64,000 bases of DNA from positions 1 through 64,000 of the forward strand of contig JAJYUZ010000003.1 of assembly GCA_021792255.1 (NCBI GenBank). Direction: 5' to 3'. The notes below the pieces were generated by a model. That model was not told the DNA's origin, searched no databases, and saw only the letters and a list, made by a program, of their open reading frames with translations. Source of the stretch: Thermoplasmata archaeon. GTDB taxonomy: Archaea > Thermoplasmatota > Thermoplasmata > Thermoplasmatales > GCA-001856825. Below, piece after piece: positions 18,776-28,859 of this stretch; position 1 is the stretch's first letter, and the number at the start of each line of letters is the position of its first letter. A program made the translations under genes and the position numbers.

Positions 18776-19246
18776 TTATTTTACGACCAGCACGGCGCAT
18801 TTTGAATTTGCAGCCACTCTCTGACTGACAGACCCGAGGAAAACTCCCCTGAGGAACCCTCTCCGCCTGTTCCCAATCACGATCAGGTCGGGTTTGATCG
18901 TTTCTGCAAGATCCAGTATCTCCCTTGCCGGGTCCCCTTGTTTGAGTACCGTTTTGAGTTTCATGACTCCATTCGATACAGAGTAGTCTTTTGCGTGATT
19001 CAGTATTGTCTCGCCTCGCTCTTTTAACGTCGCTAGTCGCTCTACTATCGTTAGATCGCCCGTCGGATTTTCTCCGGTAACATACTGCACGGGGTAAGGT
19101 ACGACCATGACTATGTCCATCTCCAGATTCTTTTCGACTTTTACGAGACTTATTCCCATGTCAAGGGCCCTCATAGAGGGTTTGGTTCCATCTATCGCTA
19201 CCAGAATCTTGGTCAAAGGCAGAATACCTCTCGCCGTTTGATCCAT
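18776..19246 (-). CDS. Universal stress protein (UspA family)
   Basis: KILVAIDG, GDPAREIL, DLIVIG..FLGSVSQRV; likely ATG 19246. Confidence 0.93.
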   Translation of the reverse strand: MDQTARGILPLTKILVAIDGTKPSMRALDMGISLVKVEKNLEMDIVMVVPYPVQYVTGENPTGDLTIVERLATLKERGETILNHAKDYSVSNGVMKLKTVLKQGDPAREILDLAETIKPDLIVIGNRRRGFLRGVFLGSVSQRVAANSKCAVLVVK

Positions 19247-19328
19247 ACAAAATGATAGGCTCTGATGATATAAAATATTGTGCAATCTCCAGCAACATTA
19301 TATTACCTTAGAGCAATTGAGCACAAAG

Positions 19329-19955
19329 ATGGATGCTGACCTCATCTTGGGCAAAATAGAAAAGATGGTTGATCCTCATATCGCAATATGGGATGACGCG
19401 TTTAGGATTCTGATAACTGGGATAATGTCTACAAGAACCAAGGATGAGGTCACTGACAGAGCGAGCCTGAGACTTTTCTGTAAATTTCCCTCTGTCAAGG
19501 CCCTCGCTGGGGCTTCACCTTCTGTCGTCAGAGATCTCATAAAGCCTGTGGGTTTCTATAGAACTAAAGCGGTCGACTTAGTCGAAACGTCAAACATCAT
19601 ACTGAAGAAGCACCGCGGAAGAGTTCCGGATCGAATGGAGGACCTACTCGAACTACCTGGAGTAGGGAGAAAAGTTGCAAATATCGTCCTTTCGGAGGGA
19701 GTGGGTAAAGATGGACTTGCCGTTGATACCCACGTTCAGAGGATTTCTTTCAGGATAGGGCTGTCTTCGTCTGAGAAACCAGAGGTGACCGAGGAACAGC
19801 TAAAGAAGAAGATACCGAGAGAGAGATGGAATGAAGTCAATTCGTACTTCGTCGAGTTTGGAAAACAGATATGCAAGCCAATAACTCCGAGGTGCAACGA
19901 ATGTGGGTTGAAGAAGTACTGTAGATACTGGAGAGATCATGAAAATAGTGGTTGA
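19329..19955 (+). CDS. nth: Endonuclease III
   Basis: HhH LLELPGVGRKVAN, AVDTHV, C-x6-C-x2-C-x5-C Fe-S motif; likely ATG 19329. Confidence 0.95.
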   Translation: MDADLILGKIEKMVDPHIAIWDDAFRILITGIMSTRTKDEVTDRASLRLFCKFPSVKALAGASPSVVRDLIKPVGFYRTKAVDLVETSNIILKKHRGRVPDRMEDLLELPGVGRKVANIVLSEGVGKDGLAVDTHVQRISFRIGLSSSEKPEVTEEQLKKKIPRERWNEVNSYFVEFGKQICKPITPRCNECGLKKYCRYWRDHENSG

Positions 19956-20430
19956 TACCTCCTCGCTGTTCTACGGATTCCAGATCGATGGTAGTAATGA
20001 ATACATCACCACTGACTCTGTCATCCAAGAAATCAGAGGAAAGAAAATGAAGAAGAGCATCGAGATCAGGATGGAACTTCTGATAATTTTCGAACCAAGC
20101 AAGGATACCGTGAAAGAGGTGAGAGAGATTGCAGAAGAGTCAGGAGATCTGCAACAGTTGAGCGGAACTGACACAGGACTTATTGCGCTAGCAAGGGACC
20201 ACGATGCCACTCTGCTTACAAATGATCTCGCGATGCAAAACGTATGTAAAAGAATGGGCATAAAGTACCAATCTTTCCAGGGAAAATCAATCGATACAGA
20301 AATAGAGTGGGGATACAGGTGCATTGGATGCAAGAGAAAATTCGATCGACTCTTTAAGGAATGTCCCTACTGTGGAAATGAATTGAAAAAATATCCAAAG
20401 AAAAGAAAGACTATAGTCGAATCCACTTAA
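19939..20430 (+). CDS. nob1: NOB1-family PIN endonuclease with a zinc ribbon
   Basis: VVDTS, GDLQQLSGTD, TNDLAMQNV, CIGC..CPYCG. Confidence 0.92.
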   Translation: MKIVVDTSSLFYGFQIDGSNEYITTDSVIQEIRGKKMKKSIEIRMELLIIFEPSKDTVKEVREIAEESGDLQQLSGTDTGLIALARDHDATLLTNDLAMQNVCKRMGIKYQSFQGKSIDTEIEWGYRCIGCKRKFDRLFKECPYCGNELKKYPKKRKTIVEST

Positions 20431-21154
20431 TCTCAAAGAATTTGAATTGGCCCTTCGCAGCATCGTAAAAGGAATGCACGTAGGTCTTTCTCACCGACTG
20501 CGCTATCCTCGCTATTGCAACGATGTCCCTCCCCAGCGATTGTCTTCCGACGTTCATCAGATATCTTGCGTGCGATGAACTGCCCTCGTAAATCCTGAAC
20601 ATTGAGCCAAACTTGAAACCACTGGCGACTCTCATTCCCTTTTGTTTGAGAACATCAACGAGTTCCGTCGGTTCCTGCGCATCGCTCACCAGTCCGCTTG
20701 TACCACGGAGTCTTCCGTATATTGGAAGTTTGTTCAGTGAGTACAACAGACAGTTTCCCTCCGAGTCCAGTATTGACAGGAAATTAACGTTCCTAGCTAA
20801 AACCGTAAAATCAATTTCTTGGTCATCTCTGAAAATCAGTATTCTGGTGCCATCTGCGTACAGTTTTCCTCTCTTTATTTGGGGCCTCATTCCCTTTGCC
20901 TTGAGAAAGTGATATGATGTAGCAATATCCTTCTCTGTGTCTGATAACATTCCTTTTATCTGTTCAGTGGTGATGGGATTTTCTCCTTTCGTTATTTCGA
21001 TTCTCTTTCGAGTGAGAAGATCGAGTGAAGTCATCAGGTCCAGGGATAGTTTTTCTCCCAAGTTTCTCCCTGTTGAACCCTTGTTTCTTAAGGTGGAAGC
21101 GTCCGCTTCGTTTTCTATTAGGACTCTCCTGTTTCTCAGCTTCCCTTGAATCAT
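20411..21154 (-). CDS. endA: tRNA-splicing endonuclease (short homodimeric type)
   Basis: SGFKFGSMFRIY..SHARY..RIAQSVRK keeps the Tyr/His/Lys triad. Confidence 0.88.
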   Translation of the reverse strand: MIQGKLRNRRVLIENEADASTLRNKGSTGRNLGEKLSLDLMTSLDLLTRKRIEITKGENPITTEQIKGMLSDTEKDIATSYHFLKAKGMRPQIKRGKLYADGTRILIFRDDQEIDFTVLARNVNFLSILDSEGNCLLYSLNKLPIYGRLRGTSGLVSDAQEPTELVDVLKQKGMRVASGFKFGSMFRIYEGSSSHARYLMNVGRQSLGRDIVAIARIAQSVRKTYVHSFYDAAKGQFKFFEIKWIRL

Positions 21155-21155
21155 T

Positions 21156-21626
21156 CTAGGTAAGCACCATTTCAGAAAGATCGAGCATGAACTGTTTAAC
21201 GTTCTCGCCAGTCTTGGAAGAAACCGGGACGACCTTTATGTTTCTCTTGCCAATGATTTTCTTGACATCCTCTACCCAAAAAGCGGCTGAATAATGTAGA
21301 TCTGACATGCACAGAGCAATGATCACCTTTTTGTCGGAGGTCATGGACAGAAGATTTGGTAGATCGTCGAAATCTGCCTTGTTGTTAGAATTGAGGGTCA
21401 GGATGTAAGCCGACTTCTTTTCCGGGGTCGGAAGATTGTTAACCTCTTTGAAGAGAAATGAAACATTGTCTCCATTCCCAGTAGAAAAACTAAACTTCAG
21501 GAACTGCCCAGGAATCTGATCACATTCTTCCATTGAGTTGAATATGATTCTGCAGAGTAGACTCGACTTTCCCGAGCCCTTTGGACCAACGACGAGGACC
21601 TTCGATATGCTGGGACTTGCCTGCAT
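21156..21626 (-). CDS. Ras/Rab-like small GTPase homologue with degenerate G3/G4
   Basis: KVLVVGPKGSGKSS P-loop; VSSKTGENV G5; no DxxG or NKxD. Confidence 0.75.
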   Translation of the reverse strand: MQASPSISKVLVVGPKGSGKSSLLCRIIFNSMEECDQIPGQFLKFSFSTGNGDNVSFLFKEVNNLPTPEKKSAYILTLNSNNKADFDDLPNLLSMTSDKKVIIALCMSDLHYSAAFWVEDVKKIIGKRNIKVVPVSSKTGENVKQFMLDLSEMVLT

Positions 21627-21707
21627 TATGGTTCTAATTGCAACCTATATAAAAATACTTGCCCCACGTGTTGGAAATCGTTTAAAGATGTCTTGTTCGT
21701 ATTCACT

Positions 21708-21803
21708 GGACCTTCTCATTTTCGGATCCACAACAGCCTTGTGGCCAGAAGTTAGAATTCATCAGGTCTCAAAGAAAAGAGAAAGAGGGATGACATGATT
21801 TTT
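21708..21803 (+). ncRNA. Candidate small structured RNA
   Basis: Orphan GGAAATCG-TTTAAAG promoter at 21673-21687, closing stem, CCACAA/TTGTGG hairpin, ACA-NNN followed by TTTTT. Confidence 0.3.
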
Positions 21804-21807
21804 GACC

Positions 21808-22734
21808 TTACTTGACAACTGGTATCGAGTCATCATTGGTTTTCGATATCTCCCTGTATCCCCTCATGAGGCTTCCAAAGCCTATCACGCCGACCACTAT
21901 TATTACTAAGACCGTCGCAATTCCGATCGAGTTGAGATTGGGCACACTGTTCCCCGTGTTCAGTGCAATTTTTTCTAGCAATGGAAATGCGATCACCGCT
22001 CCGCCTATCACTGCAAATGCTAAACCACCGAGATACAACGTCCTGGCAGCAGTAGACCTGCCGACGTACTTTATCTGTTCCGTCGTGAGCTTCTTGACTC
22101 GCATTAGATTCGCAAAGATTGCTCCAATGATTATCTGCATCAGCATCGTTCCCAGGCCGAAGAAAGCACCCACCAGTGCAGCGAAGTATATGTTTGGCAT
22201 CTGTGGAGCAAGAATGAAGGTAATTATCGTGGAGAATCCTCCAAATCCCCATCCAGCTATAAAGCCGTGAACGAGTGCCATTCCAGACGGAATCTCTTTC
22301 GTCGCACTCTCCACTTCCTGGATCGGAGTCCTTTCAGCTTTTGTTGAGTGGTGAGTCGATCCTCCGAACAATTTGTCTAGGGGAACGTGGAGGTCCGTTC
22401 CCTTTACCAGATAATAACCCACTATGAACATGACGAAACCAACAAGAACATAGACATAGCCATCCAGATTGTACTTCACATATATTGTAGCTAAACCTAC
22501 AAAACCAAGAACGGTCAATATGGATCTTTGGATCGTAAATCCCAACGAAAAGATGAACCCTGCTCTCATTCCACCACGAGTACTGTAACTCCCTATGGAA
22601 TAGCTGAAGGTTATTGGCCACGTATGCTCATCCGGCGTTGCGCCGTGCATAAGTCCGAGTATGGCTGCAATCGACAAAATTATGAATACTGACAGTCCCT
22701 TTGGAGGATTTAATATAAAGCCGAGATCGATCAT
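21808..22734 (-). CDS. Putative transition-metal permease (NiCoT/UreH-like)
   Basis: LGLMHGATPDEHTWP in TM1, ALVHGFIAGWGFG, about 8 TM; ATGA overlap with the upstream repressor gene. Confidence 0.7.
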   Translation of the reverse strand: MIDLGFILNPPKGLSVFIILSIAAILGLMHGATPDEHTWPITFSYSIGSYSTRGGMRAGFIFSLGFTIQRSILTVLGFVGLATIYVKYNLDGYVYVLVGFVMFIVGYYLVKGTDLHVPLDKLFGGSTHHSTKAERTPIQEVESATKEIPSGMALVHGFIAGWGFGGFSTIITFILAPQMPNIYFAALVGAFFGLGTMLMQIIIGAIFANLMRVKKLTTEQIKYVGRSTAARTLYLGGLAFAVIGGAVIAFPLLEKIALNTGNSVPNLNSIGIATVLVIIVVGVIGFGSLMRGYREISKTNDDSIPVVK

Positions 22735-23153
22735 TTGTCCTCTCCATCTCTTATGGGTTTGCCGTGGGGACATAACCTAGGATTGCCAATCTTCTTGAGT
22801 ATTAGTCTGGCTTCTTCTTCCGGAATTATAAAATCAACGTTAGCAGCATCAGAACAAGCAGACTTTTCTGATACACCACTCTGACAGAGCAGGGATTCAT
22901 ACGTTCTATGGACTAAGAGAATTCTCTTTGCCGTACGATCACCCAATTCTGTCAGCAATGTCATCCCGTCTTTGGACTGTGCGAGCCCCTTCTGCTCAAG
23001 TCTTCTCACTACATTCAACGCGGTTGGAGGTTTGACACGAAGGAACGACGCTATCTGATAAAGGCGTAATGGAAAACCTTTCGTCGATCCCTCTACAAGA
23101 GAGACCAAGCAATCTCTTTCTCTCTTGCTAACAACATTAGTACTATATTCCAT
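22731..23153 (-). CDS. DtxR/MntR-family metal-dependent repressor
   Basis: HTH IASFLRVKPPTALNVVRRL, HRTYESLL, NPRLCPHGKPI. Confidence 0.9.
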   Translation of the reverse strand: MEYSTNVVSKRERDCLVSLVEGSTKGFPLRLYQIASFLRVKPPTALNVVRRLEQKGLAQSKDGMTLLTELGDRTAKRILLVHRTYESLLCQSGVSEKSACSDAANVDFIIPEEEARLILKKIGNPRLCPHGKPIRDGEDK

Positions 23154-23156
23154 GCA

Positions 23157-23171
23157 TTAGTATCACACTAA
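23157..23171. promoter_or_regulatory. Palindrome TTAGT-N5-ACTAA, probable autorepression operator
   Basis: Lies between the TATA box (about 23174-23181) and the ATG (23153) of the DtxR-family gene. Confidence 0.6.
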
Positions 23172-23300
23172 CGATATTAAACCTTTCTCTAAAAATGATG
23201 AATGAATCGACGCCTCATTCGGCGGTTCCTTCTTCTCTCCGGCGGTCACGGCGGGCAAGTATTGGAAAAGGATTAAAGCGAGTTGTAATTAACCACTGAA

Positions 23301-23843
23301 ATGCCATCAATGATACCTCGGAAGATTTTCTTCGTCAAAGGGGTGGGATCCCACAGGAGCCAACTCGGATCATTTGAAAATGCGCTCAGAGACGCGGATA
23401 TCGCAAAATACAATCTGGTCGAGGTTAGTTCCATTTTCCCTCCTTACGCAGAGCTTATCGACAGGGAAGAAGGCCTTAAAGAACTTAAGCCTGGGCAGAT
23501 TTTGTATCTGGTACTTGCCCGGAATAGTTCGAATGAGCTGAATCGATTAATTACTGCTTCTGTAGGCTTTGCAATTCCTAGAAACAGAACGATGTACGGG
23601 TATCTAAGCGAACATCACAGCTTCGGTGAGACTCCTGAGGCATCGGGCAAATTCGCCGAAGAACTGGCTGCAGAAATGCTAGCAAGCACAATGGGCCTGG
23701 ATTCGTACGAACGTGATGAAAATGGAAAATTTAGATTGAACGATGCAATCCTCTTGACGAGCAACATCACAGCTTCATCGGCCGTAAAAAATGTAGATGA
23801 ATGGACAACGGTCGTAGCCGCTGCAGTGATGATTTTGGGGTGA
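23301..23843 (+). CDS. pdaD: Pyruvoyl-dependent arginine decarboxylase
   Basis: [21 protein letters not shown] (Ser-Ser cleavage site), YGYLSEHH. Confidence 0.95.
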   Translation: MPSMIPRKIFFVKGVGSHRSQLGSFENALRDADIAKYNLVEVSSIFPPYAELIDREEGLKELKPGQILYLVLARNSSNELNRLITASVGFAIPRNRTMYGYLSEHHSFGETPEASGKFAEELAAEMLASTMGLDSYERDENGKFRLNDAILLTSNITASSAVKNVDEWTTVVAAAVMILG

Positions 23844-26563
23844 GTCGCATAATGTCATATAATTTCAATTCAATAGAGGAGAAATGGCTAGAAAAATGGA
23901 AAGACGAAAAAGTATTTGAGCCTAGACCGGAAGGTAAGAAATTTCTGCTCACCGTTCCTTGGCCATACTGTAATGGCGCTCTGCACATAGGGCACGGGAG
24001 AACTTACACCATTGGAGACATAGTTGCAAGGTACAAGAGAATGAAGGGCCTCAACGTGATGTATCCGATGGGATTCCACATCTCCGGAACACCAATTCTT
24101 GCATTCAGCAAGAAGATAGAGAATGGAGATGAAGCAACAATTAACCTGTACAGGAGCTACCTTGAATTGTACGGCGACGATCCTTCGAAGGTTTCAGAAT
24201 TCTCTGTTCCATCGAATATCGCTGAATACTTTTCGGACAAGATAATAAACGATTTTACCAACATGGGCTTCTCCATCGACTGGACTAGAAAATTTACATC
24301 AGGGGAGCCAATCTACAACAAGTTTGTCGAATGGCAGTTCAGGTTCCTCCGAGACAAGAAACTGATCAAGAGAGGAGACTATCCACTTCTGTATTCGGCG
24401 GAAGAAGGGAATCCCGTCGGAGAGGATGACATCCTTGAGGGGGATACGGATAAAGTCTCTATTACTCAATTTACAGGAGTATTTTTCTACGTTGGCGATG
24501 ACGTCCTTCTCGCATCAACGGTAAGGCCGGAGACGCTTGATGGAGTGACCAATTTATTTCTCAATCCCAAGGCGCAGTATTGCAGGATAAGAATGAATGG
24601 TAAGACTTTCATCGTCAGCAGCAGAGCTTTCGAGAAGCTGAAGTATCAAAGAGATGCCGAATTTGTTTCTAACGTGAAAGTCGAAGACTACATCGGCAAG
24701 AAGGCCAAGGAACCTCTTAATTCAAGGGAGATACCAATCTTTCCTGCGAAATTCGTAGACCCTGATATAGGAACTGGAGTCGACTATTCTGTTCCTGCTC
24801 ATTCGGTTTGGGACCACGTGGGATTGCTGGAGATTTCCGAAGCTCCAGATTATATTTATGTCATTGAGACAAAGGATCAGACACTTAGCATGGAAGATGT
24901 AAGAAAAAAGTTTGGAATTTCCGGCCTTGACGACAAGGACAAATTGGTGGAAGCCACAAAGTACGTTTACGAAAAGGAGTACTATCACGGCAAGATAGTC
25001 ACAGGAAAGTTCAAAGGAAACATAGTCAAGGATGTCAAAGACAGGATATCGGAAGACCTCGTGCAGAGTGGAATTGCTATCCCGATCTATGAGACATCCA
25101 GGAAGGCGGAGACTAGAGAGGGGAATCCAGTCATGGTCGCCGTCATCAAGAACCAGTGGTTCATTGACTACTCGATCGAAGAGTGGAAGGAAAAGGTCAG
25201 GGAATTAATCGAGAAGATGGACCTGAGACCAGACAGCCTAAGGAATCAGTTTCTCCAAACAGTCGACTGGATAAAGGAAAGACCATGCGCAAGAAAGAGG
25301 GGGCTTGGAACCAAGCTTCCAATGGACAACGCGTGGATCATAGAGAGCCTCAGTGATTCCACAATCTACACCGTCGTTTACACGATTATACCTTTTCTCA
25401 GACAGATGAAATTTGAAGAAATCGATGACGAACTGTTCGATTTCATTTTCTTCGGAAAAGGACAGCTCTCTCAAAAGGGGGAAGCAACCAGAAAAATTGC
25501 AGAAGAGGCCAGAAATGAATACCTCTACTGGTATCCGGTCGATCTCAGACACACCAGCTATCCCCACATATCAAATCACCTGACTTTTTACCTCTTCAAC
25601 CACGTAGCAATCTTCCCGCCTGAGAAATGGCCCATCGGAATATCGACAGGTGGAATGGTCATATCGGAAGGACAAAAGATGAGCAAGAGCAAGGGGAACG
25701 TGTATCCCCTCCTGACTATCAAGAGAAAGTACGGAGCGGATCTCTTCAGAATGTATCTTGCATCTAATGCGGACGTATGGTACGATGTAGACTGGAGGAC
25801 AAGCGAGGTCGAAAACTATTCAAAGAAACTCGACAGATTCTTTTCACTGTTAGAAGATGCAAGGAATTCAAAGGGGGAACCCGATGAGAAAGACCTTTGG
25901 ATCGTTTCAAGGATGATTGACAGGATCACAAGGAGTTCAAAGAACTACGACTCGATGAAGATCAGAGAAGCGACCGTCGAATTGTTCTTCAATGCGCTGA
26001 ATGATATCAGAGACCTTGAGAATTTTTCTGGCAAGGAAAGAGCCCTAAGGGCAGTGAAGAAGTTCGGTAAGGAATGGGTGCTCAGTCTTTCACCGGTCAT
26101 TCCATTCGTCGCAGAAGAGATTTACTCGATGTATGGAGAGAATGGATTCGCATCCTTGCAGACTTACCCATCGATGGAAAACGTATACAGGGAGCAAGAA
26201 TCGGAATGGAACTTTATAGAATCCATTGTAGAGGATTTCAGGAGTATTACCAAGGTCTCCCCAATTCGACCGAAAAAAATGATCATAGGTACTGCCGAAG
26301 AGTGGAAATGGAAACTGCTTGAAGAGTCCAAGTCCAGGGACATCAAACAGATGATCAAGGAAGCTACCCCAGAAAGGAGGGAGTTCCTCCTTACGCTGAT
26401 GAAGAAGAAAGATCTGACCCAGAACATCAGGAATGAAAGAGAGGTCCTAGAGAGATACAGAGAAGACCTTGCTAGATATCTCAACGTGGAGATATCAATA
26501 AGCGAGGATGCTTCCTACACTAAGAAGGCCCTCCCTGGACGTCCGGCAATCAGACTTGAATGA
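23840..26563 (+). CDS. leuS: Leucine--tRNA ligase (archaeal type)
   Basis: HIGH and KMSKS, editing domain STVRPET, C-terminal KALPGRPAI; start GTG 23840 or ATG 23852. Confidence 0.97.
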   Translation: MSRIMSYNFNSIEEKWLEKWKDEKVFEPRPEGKKFLLTVPWPYCNGALHIGHGRTYTIGDIVARYKRMKGLNVMYPMGFHISGTPILAFSKKIENGDEATINLYRSYLELYGDDPSKVSEFSVPSNIAEYFSDKIINDFTNMGFSIDWTRKFTSGEPIYNKFVEWQFRFLRDKKLIKRGDYPLLYSAEEGNPVGEDDILEGDTDKVSITQFTGVFFYVGDDVLLASTVRPETLDGVTNLFLNPKAQYCRIRMNGKTFIVSSRAFEKLKYQRDAEFVSNVKVEDYIGKKAKEPLNSREIPIFPAKFVDPDIGTGVDYSVPAHSVWDHVGLLEISEAPDYIYVIETKDQTLSMEDVRKKFGISGLDDKDKLVEATKYVYEKEYYHGKIVTGKFKGNIVKDVKDRISEDLVQSGIAIPIYETSRKAETREGNPVMVAVIKNQWFIDYSIEEWKEKVRELIEKMDLRPDSLRNQFLQTVDWIKERPCARKRGLGTKLPMDNAWIIESLSDSTIYTVVYTIIPFLRQMKFEEIDDELFDFIFFGKGQLSQKGEATRKIAEEARNEYLYWYPVDLRHTSYPHISNHLTFYLFNHVAIFPPEKWPIGISTGGMVISEGQKMSKSKGNVYPLLTIKRKYGADLFRMYLASNADVWYDVDWRTSEVENYSKKLDRFFSLLEDARNSKGEPDEKDLWIVSRMIDRITRSSKNYDSMKIREATVELFFNALNDIRDLENFSGKERALRAVKKFGKEWVLSLSPVIPFVAEEIYSMYGENGFASLQTYPSMENVYREQESEWNFIESIVEDFRSITKVSPIRPKKMIIGTAEEWKWKLLEESKSRDIKQMIKEATPERREFLLTLMKKKDLTQNIRNEREVLERYREDLARYLNVEISISEDASYTKKALPGRPAIRLE

Positions 26564-26565
26564 TT

Positions 26566-27285
26566 CTACTTCTTCAGGAATTTTTCCAGGGTGGCTCTCG
26601 CAGTAGGGGTTTCGAGAATCTCTCCGAAAAGCTTCTCTTCCGTTTCGGTGGAGTACTCTTCTTTCCCTAGCAGGGTCTTGATGCTCTTTATGCTATCCGA
26701 CGACCTTTGAGACAGCTGTACAGCTAGCTCTTCGGCCGATTTGACTGGATCGTCCGCTAACGCACTTACCAGTCCAAGTCGATAGGCTTCGTTACCGTCG
26801 ATTATCTTTCCAGTCAGCGTTAGATATTTTGCGGTTCCAACTCCTGCAATTCTGGCCATTCTCTTCACGCCGCCCCATCCAGGAAATAGGCCTAGAATGA
26901 TCTCCGTCAGTCCCATTTTTGTCTGAGGGGAGGCTATCCTGAGATCGCAGCTGAGGGCTAATTCCAGTCCACCACCATATGCTCCGCCCTCCATTGCTGC
27001 TATGGTTATCGCCCCATAATTCTGCAGAAAATCCATGAACTCGTTCCCTTTCCTCGAGAACCTTTCACCCTCTTCTCCAGATATTGAGAACATAACGGAT
27101 ATGTCGCCACCAGCTGAAAAAAATCCTCCCTCTCCTTTTATGACGACCACGGTCACATTTTCGAGGGACTTGAGCGCACTCTCCAATTCGACCAAGACAT
27201 CGGGTGAGAGAGCGTTCTTCTTCTCTGGTCTGTTCAAACCGATATAGGCTACCCTATCCTTCTTCTCGACTTTTACCAAACTCAT
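26566..27285 (-). CDS. Enoyl-CoA hydratase/isomerase family protein
   Basis: LNRPEKKNAL, FSAGGDI, GGGLELALSCDLRIA, PGWGG. Confidence 0.93.
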   Translation of the reverse strand: MSLVKVEKKDRVAYIGLNRPEKKNALSPDVLVELESALKSLENVTVVVIKGEGGFFSAGGDISVMFSISGEEGERFSRKGNEFMDFLQNYGAITIAAMEGGAYGGGLELALSCDLRIASPQTKMGLTEIILGLFPGWGGVKRMARIAGVGTAKYLTLTGKIIDGNEAYRLGLVSALADDPVKSAEELAVQLSQRSSDSIKSIKTLLGKEEYSTETEEKLFGEILETPTARATLEKFLKK

Positions 27286-27294
27286 ACGAAGACC

Positions 27295-27834
27295 TTAACC
27301 GACTACGAATTTGTACGAGAGTTCACCGTTTGCGATTTTCTTTTCCGAGATCTTGAGCTCCCTGCCAGACTGATCGAGTACTGCAGTTATGTATCCGTCG
27401 GCGACGTCAAGAAAATTCTCTCCGTTTTTCCTGTGAGTTATCCTGAGGATCGTTATGTGTTTTGACACTTCGTTGACGGATGATTTCACGTATGGGACAT
27501 CTGTAATTATGACATCCTCAATGAGCCTGATCAACTGCTTTGAGGTGGAGAATTTTGCGATGAACTTGGTCATCTTCGCCCTGTCTCCGAGTGCGTATCC
27601 AAGCTGGTTCAGTCTTGTCTTCAAGTCCCCACCTAGGATCTTGGCGGCAGACTCGAGGACCTTCTTGTAAACATCTTCGGAGAAAACTTTGGACCTGCCA
27701 ATGTCCGTCAGTCCTGTGAATAGAATTGAAGGTTTGTTAAGCTCGTTGAGCAGCCCCCTTACTCCACTCATACCCCTCCGCTGTTTCACATATTCTATTA
27801 TAAATTTCAAGTCAGAACCAGTAGCCTCTTGCAT
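27295..27834 (-). CDS. Hypothetical protein, H-NOX/V4R-like fold without a proximal His
   Basis: Helical N-half (GSDLKFIIEYVKQRRG..VYKKVLESAAKILG..QLGY) and beta C-half (DGYITAVLD) spaced like H-NOX; likely ATG 27834. Confidence 0.55.
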   Translation of the reverse strand: MQEATGSDLKFIIEYVKQRRGMSGVRGLLNELNKPSILFTGLTDIGRSKVFSEDVYKKVLESAAKILGGDLKTRLNQLGYALGDRAKMTKFIAKFSTSKQLIRLIEDVIITDVPYVKSSVNEVSKHITILRITHRKNGENFLDVADGYITAVLDQSGRELKISEKKIANGELSYKFVVG

Positions 27835-27962
27835 TAATATCCCAATCAATATAAATTACTAATTATTATCCCTTTCCTTTCCAGCATTCAGATAATTACG
27901 CTATTTTTACGACCTGTTACCTGGATGGAGCGTTCTTGAAAATAGATGTCCAAAAACAATTA

Positions 27963-28859
27963 TCAGACGTAATCGGTAATGGACTTGATCTCTCCAGTAA
28001 AACCATCCATGACCAGAGCTGATGAAGAATAGATTGGATAGAGGCAGGTATTTATGAACGTCACCTTGATCGTGTCTTCCAGTGGTTTCACCCTGCTTCT
28101 GGAATATATTATGAATCCATCCGTTTCGCTCTTCTCTACGACCTCGGTCTCCAAGCTGTCACTGACCCACCTCTTGGCGCGTTCGATAGAGGAGAGCGGT
28201 TCCCATTTGAGCTCCAGTTCCCTGTGTGTCGTGGGCCACGAGTCTAGAAGTTCGTACCCATTTATTGATCTAGATACCTTTCCGGTGACCGCATTGACCA
28301 TTGCGGTACCCTCTTTCTTAGAGAGGGATTCATCCTCCATGACCTTCATCGTGAAAGAAAAGAAATGGAACGGAATGAATATGAGATCTGACCGGAGCCC
28401 AATCGAGTTGGTGACCACTTCACCGCTCACGACGGGTCTAATGTATTTTGGATTGTTTCCCTCCTCCAGATAGACGAGGATAAAATCCTCGTTCTCATTG
28501 GATTGTTGAACCACGGGTTTCCTCCGAACTTTCTTTGAAAGTTGCATATCTATGAGAGCTTTCCCTAGAAGCTTTGCAGTTTCGTCTCTTGTGACTGGAA
28601 TGATTTTGTGTCCCTTGCAGTAAGAAAGTACGTCTTTGTTGGCTCCATCAGAAAGCAGGAACAGAAACCTTTCTCCCGGAAACGAGACGGTGGAAGAGTG
28701 GAACTCCCTGACCTTCTCCAGATCTTCATTCTCTAGGAGCATTATCACCTCTCCAGACCCATCTCCATGGTCGACCCATATATATTCCTCCGGATACCCG
28801 GGGTAAGTTCTGTACCCCATATCCTTTACCATTTCGTCTATGAGTATCCGAATGTCCAT
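27963..28859 (-). CDS. Hypothetical protein with an N-terminal Mrr/restriction-endonuclease-like fold, probably inactive
   Basis: KVREFH..FLFLLSDG..VLSYC..KIIPVTRDE pattern; duplicated VNAVTG/MDGFTG motif in the C-half. Confidence 0.5.
   Translation of the reverse strand: MDIRILIDEMVKDMGYRTYPGYPEEYIWVDHGDGSGEVIMLLENEDLEKVREFHSSTVSFPGERFLFLLSDGANKDVLSYCKGHKIIPVTRDETAKLLGKALIDMQLSKKVRRKPVVQQSNENEDFILVYLEEGNNPKYIRPVVSGEVVTNSIGLRSDLIFIPFHFFSFTMKVMEDESLSKKEGTAMVNAVTGKVSRSINGYELLDSWPTTHRELELKWEPLSSIERAKRWVSDSLETEVVEKSETDGFIIYSRSRVKPLEDTIKVTFINTCLYPIYSSSALVMDGFTGEIKSITDYV

Noticed and set aside
21688-21798. 36-aa ORF MSCSYSLDLL.. (tail of the 86-aa track ORF)
   Set aside because: The ATG directly abuts the TATA box, so it would lie upstream of the transcription start; no RBS.
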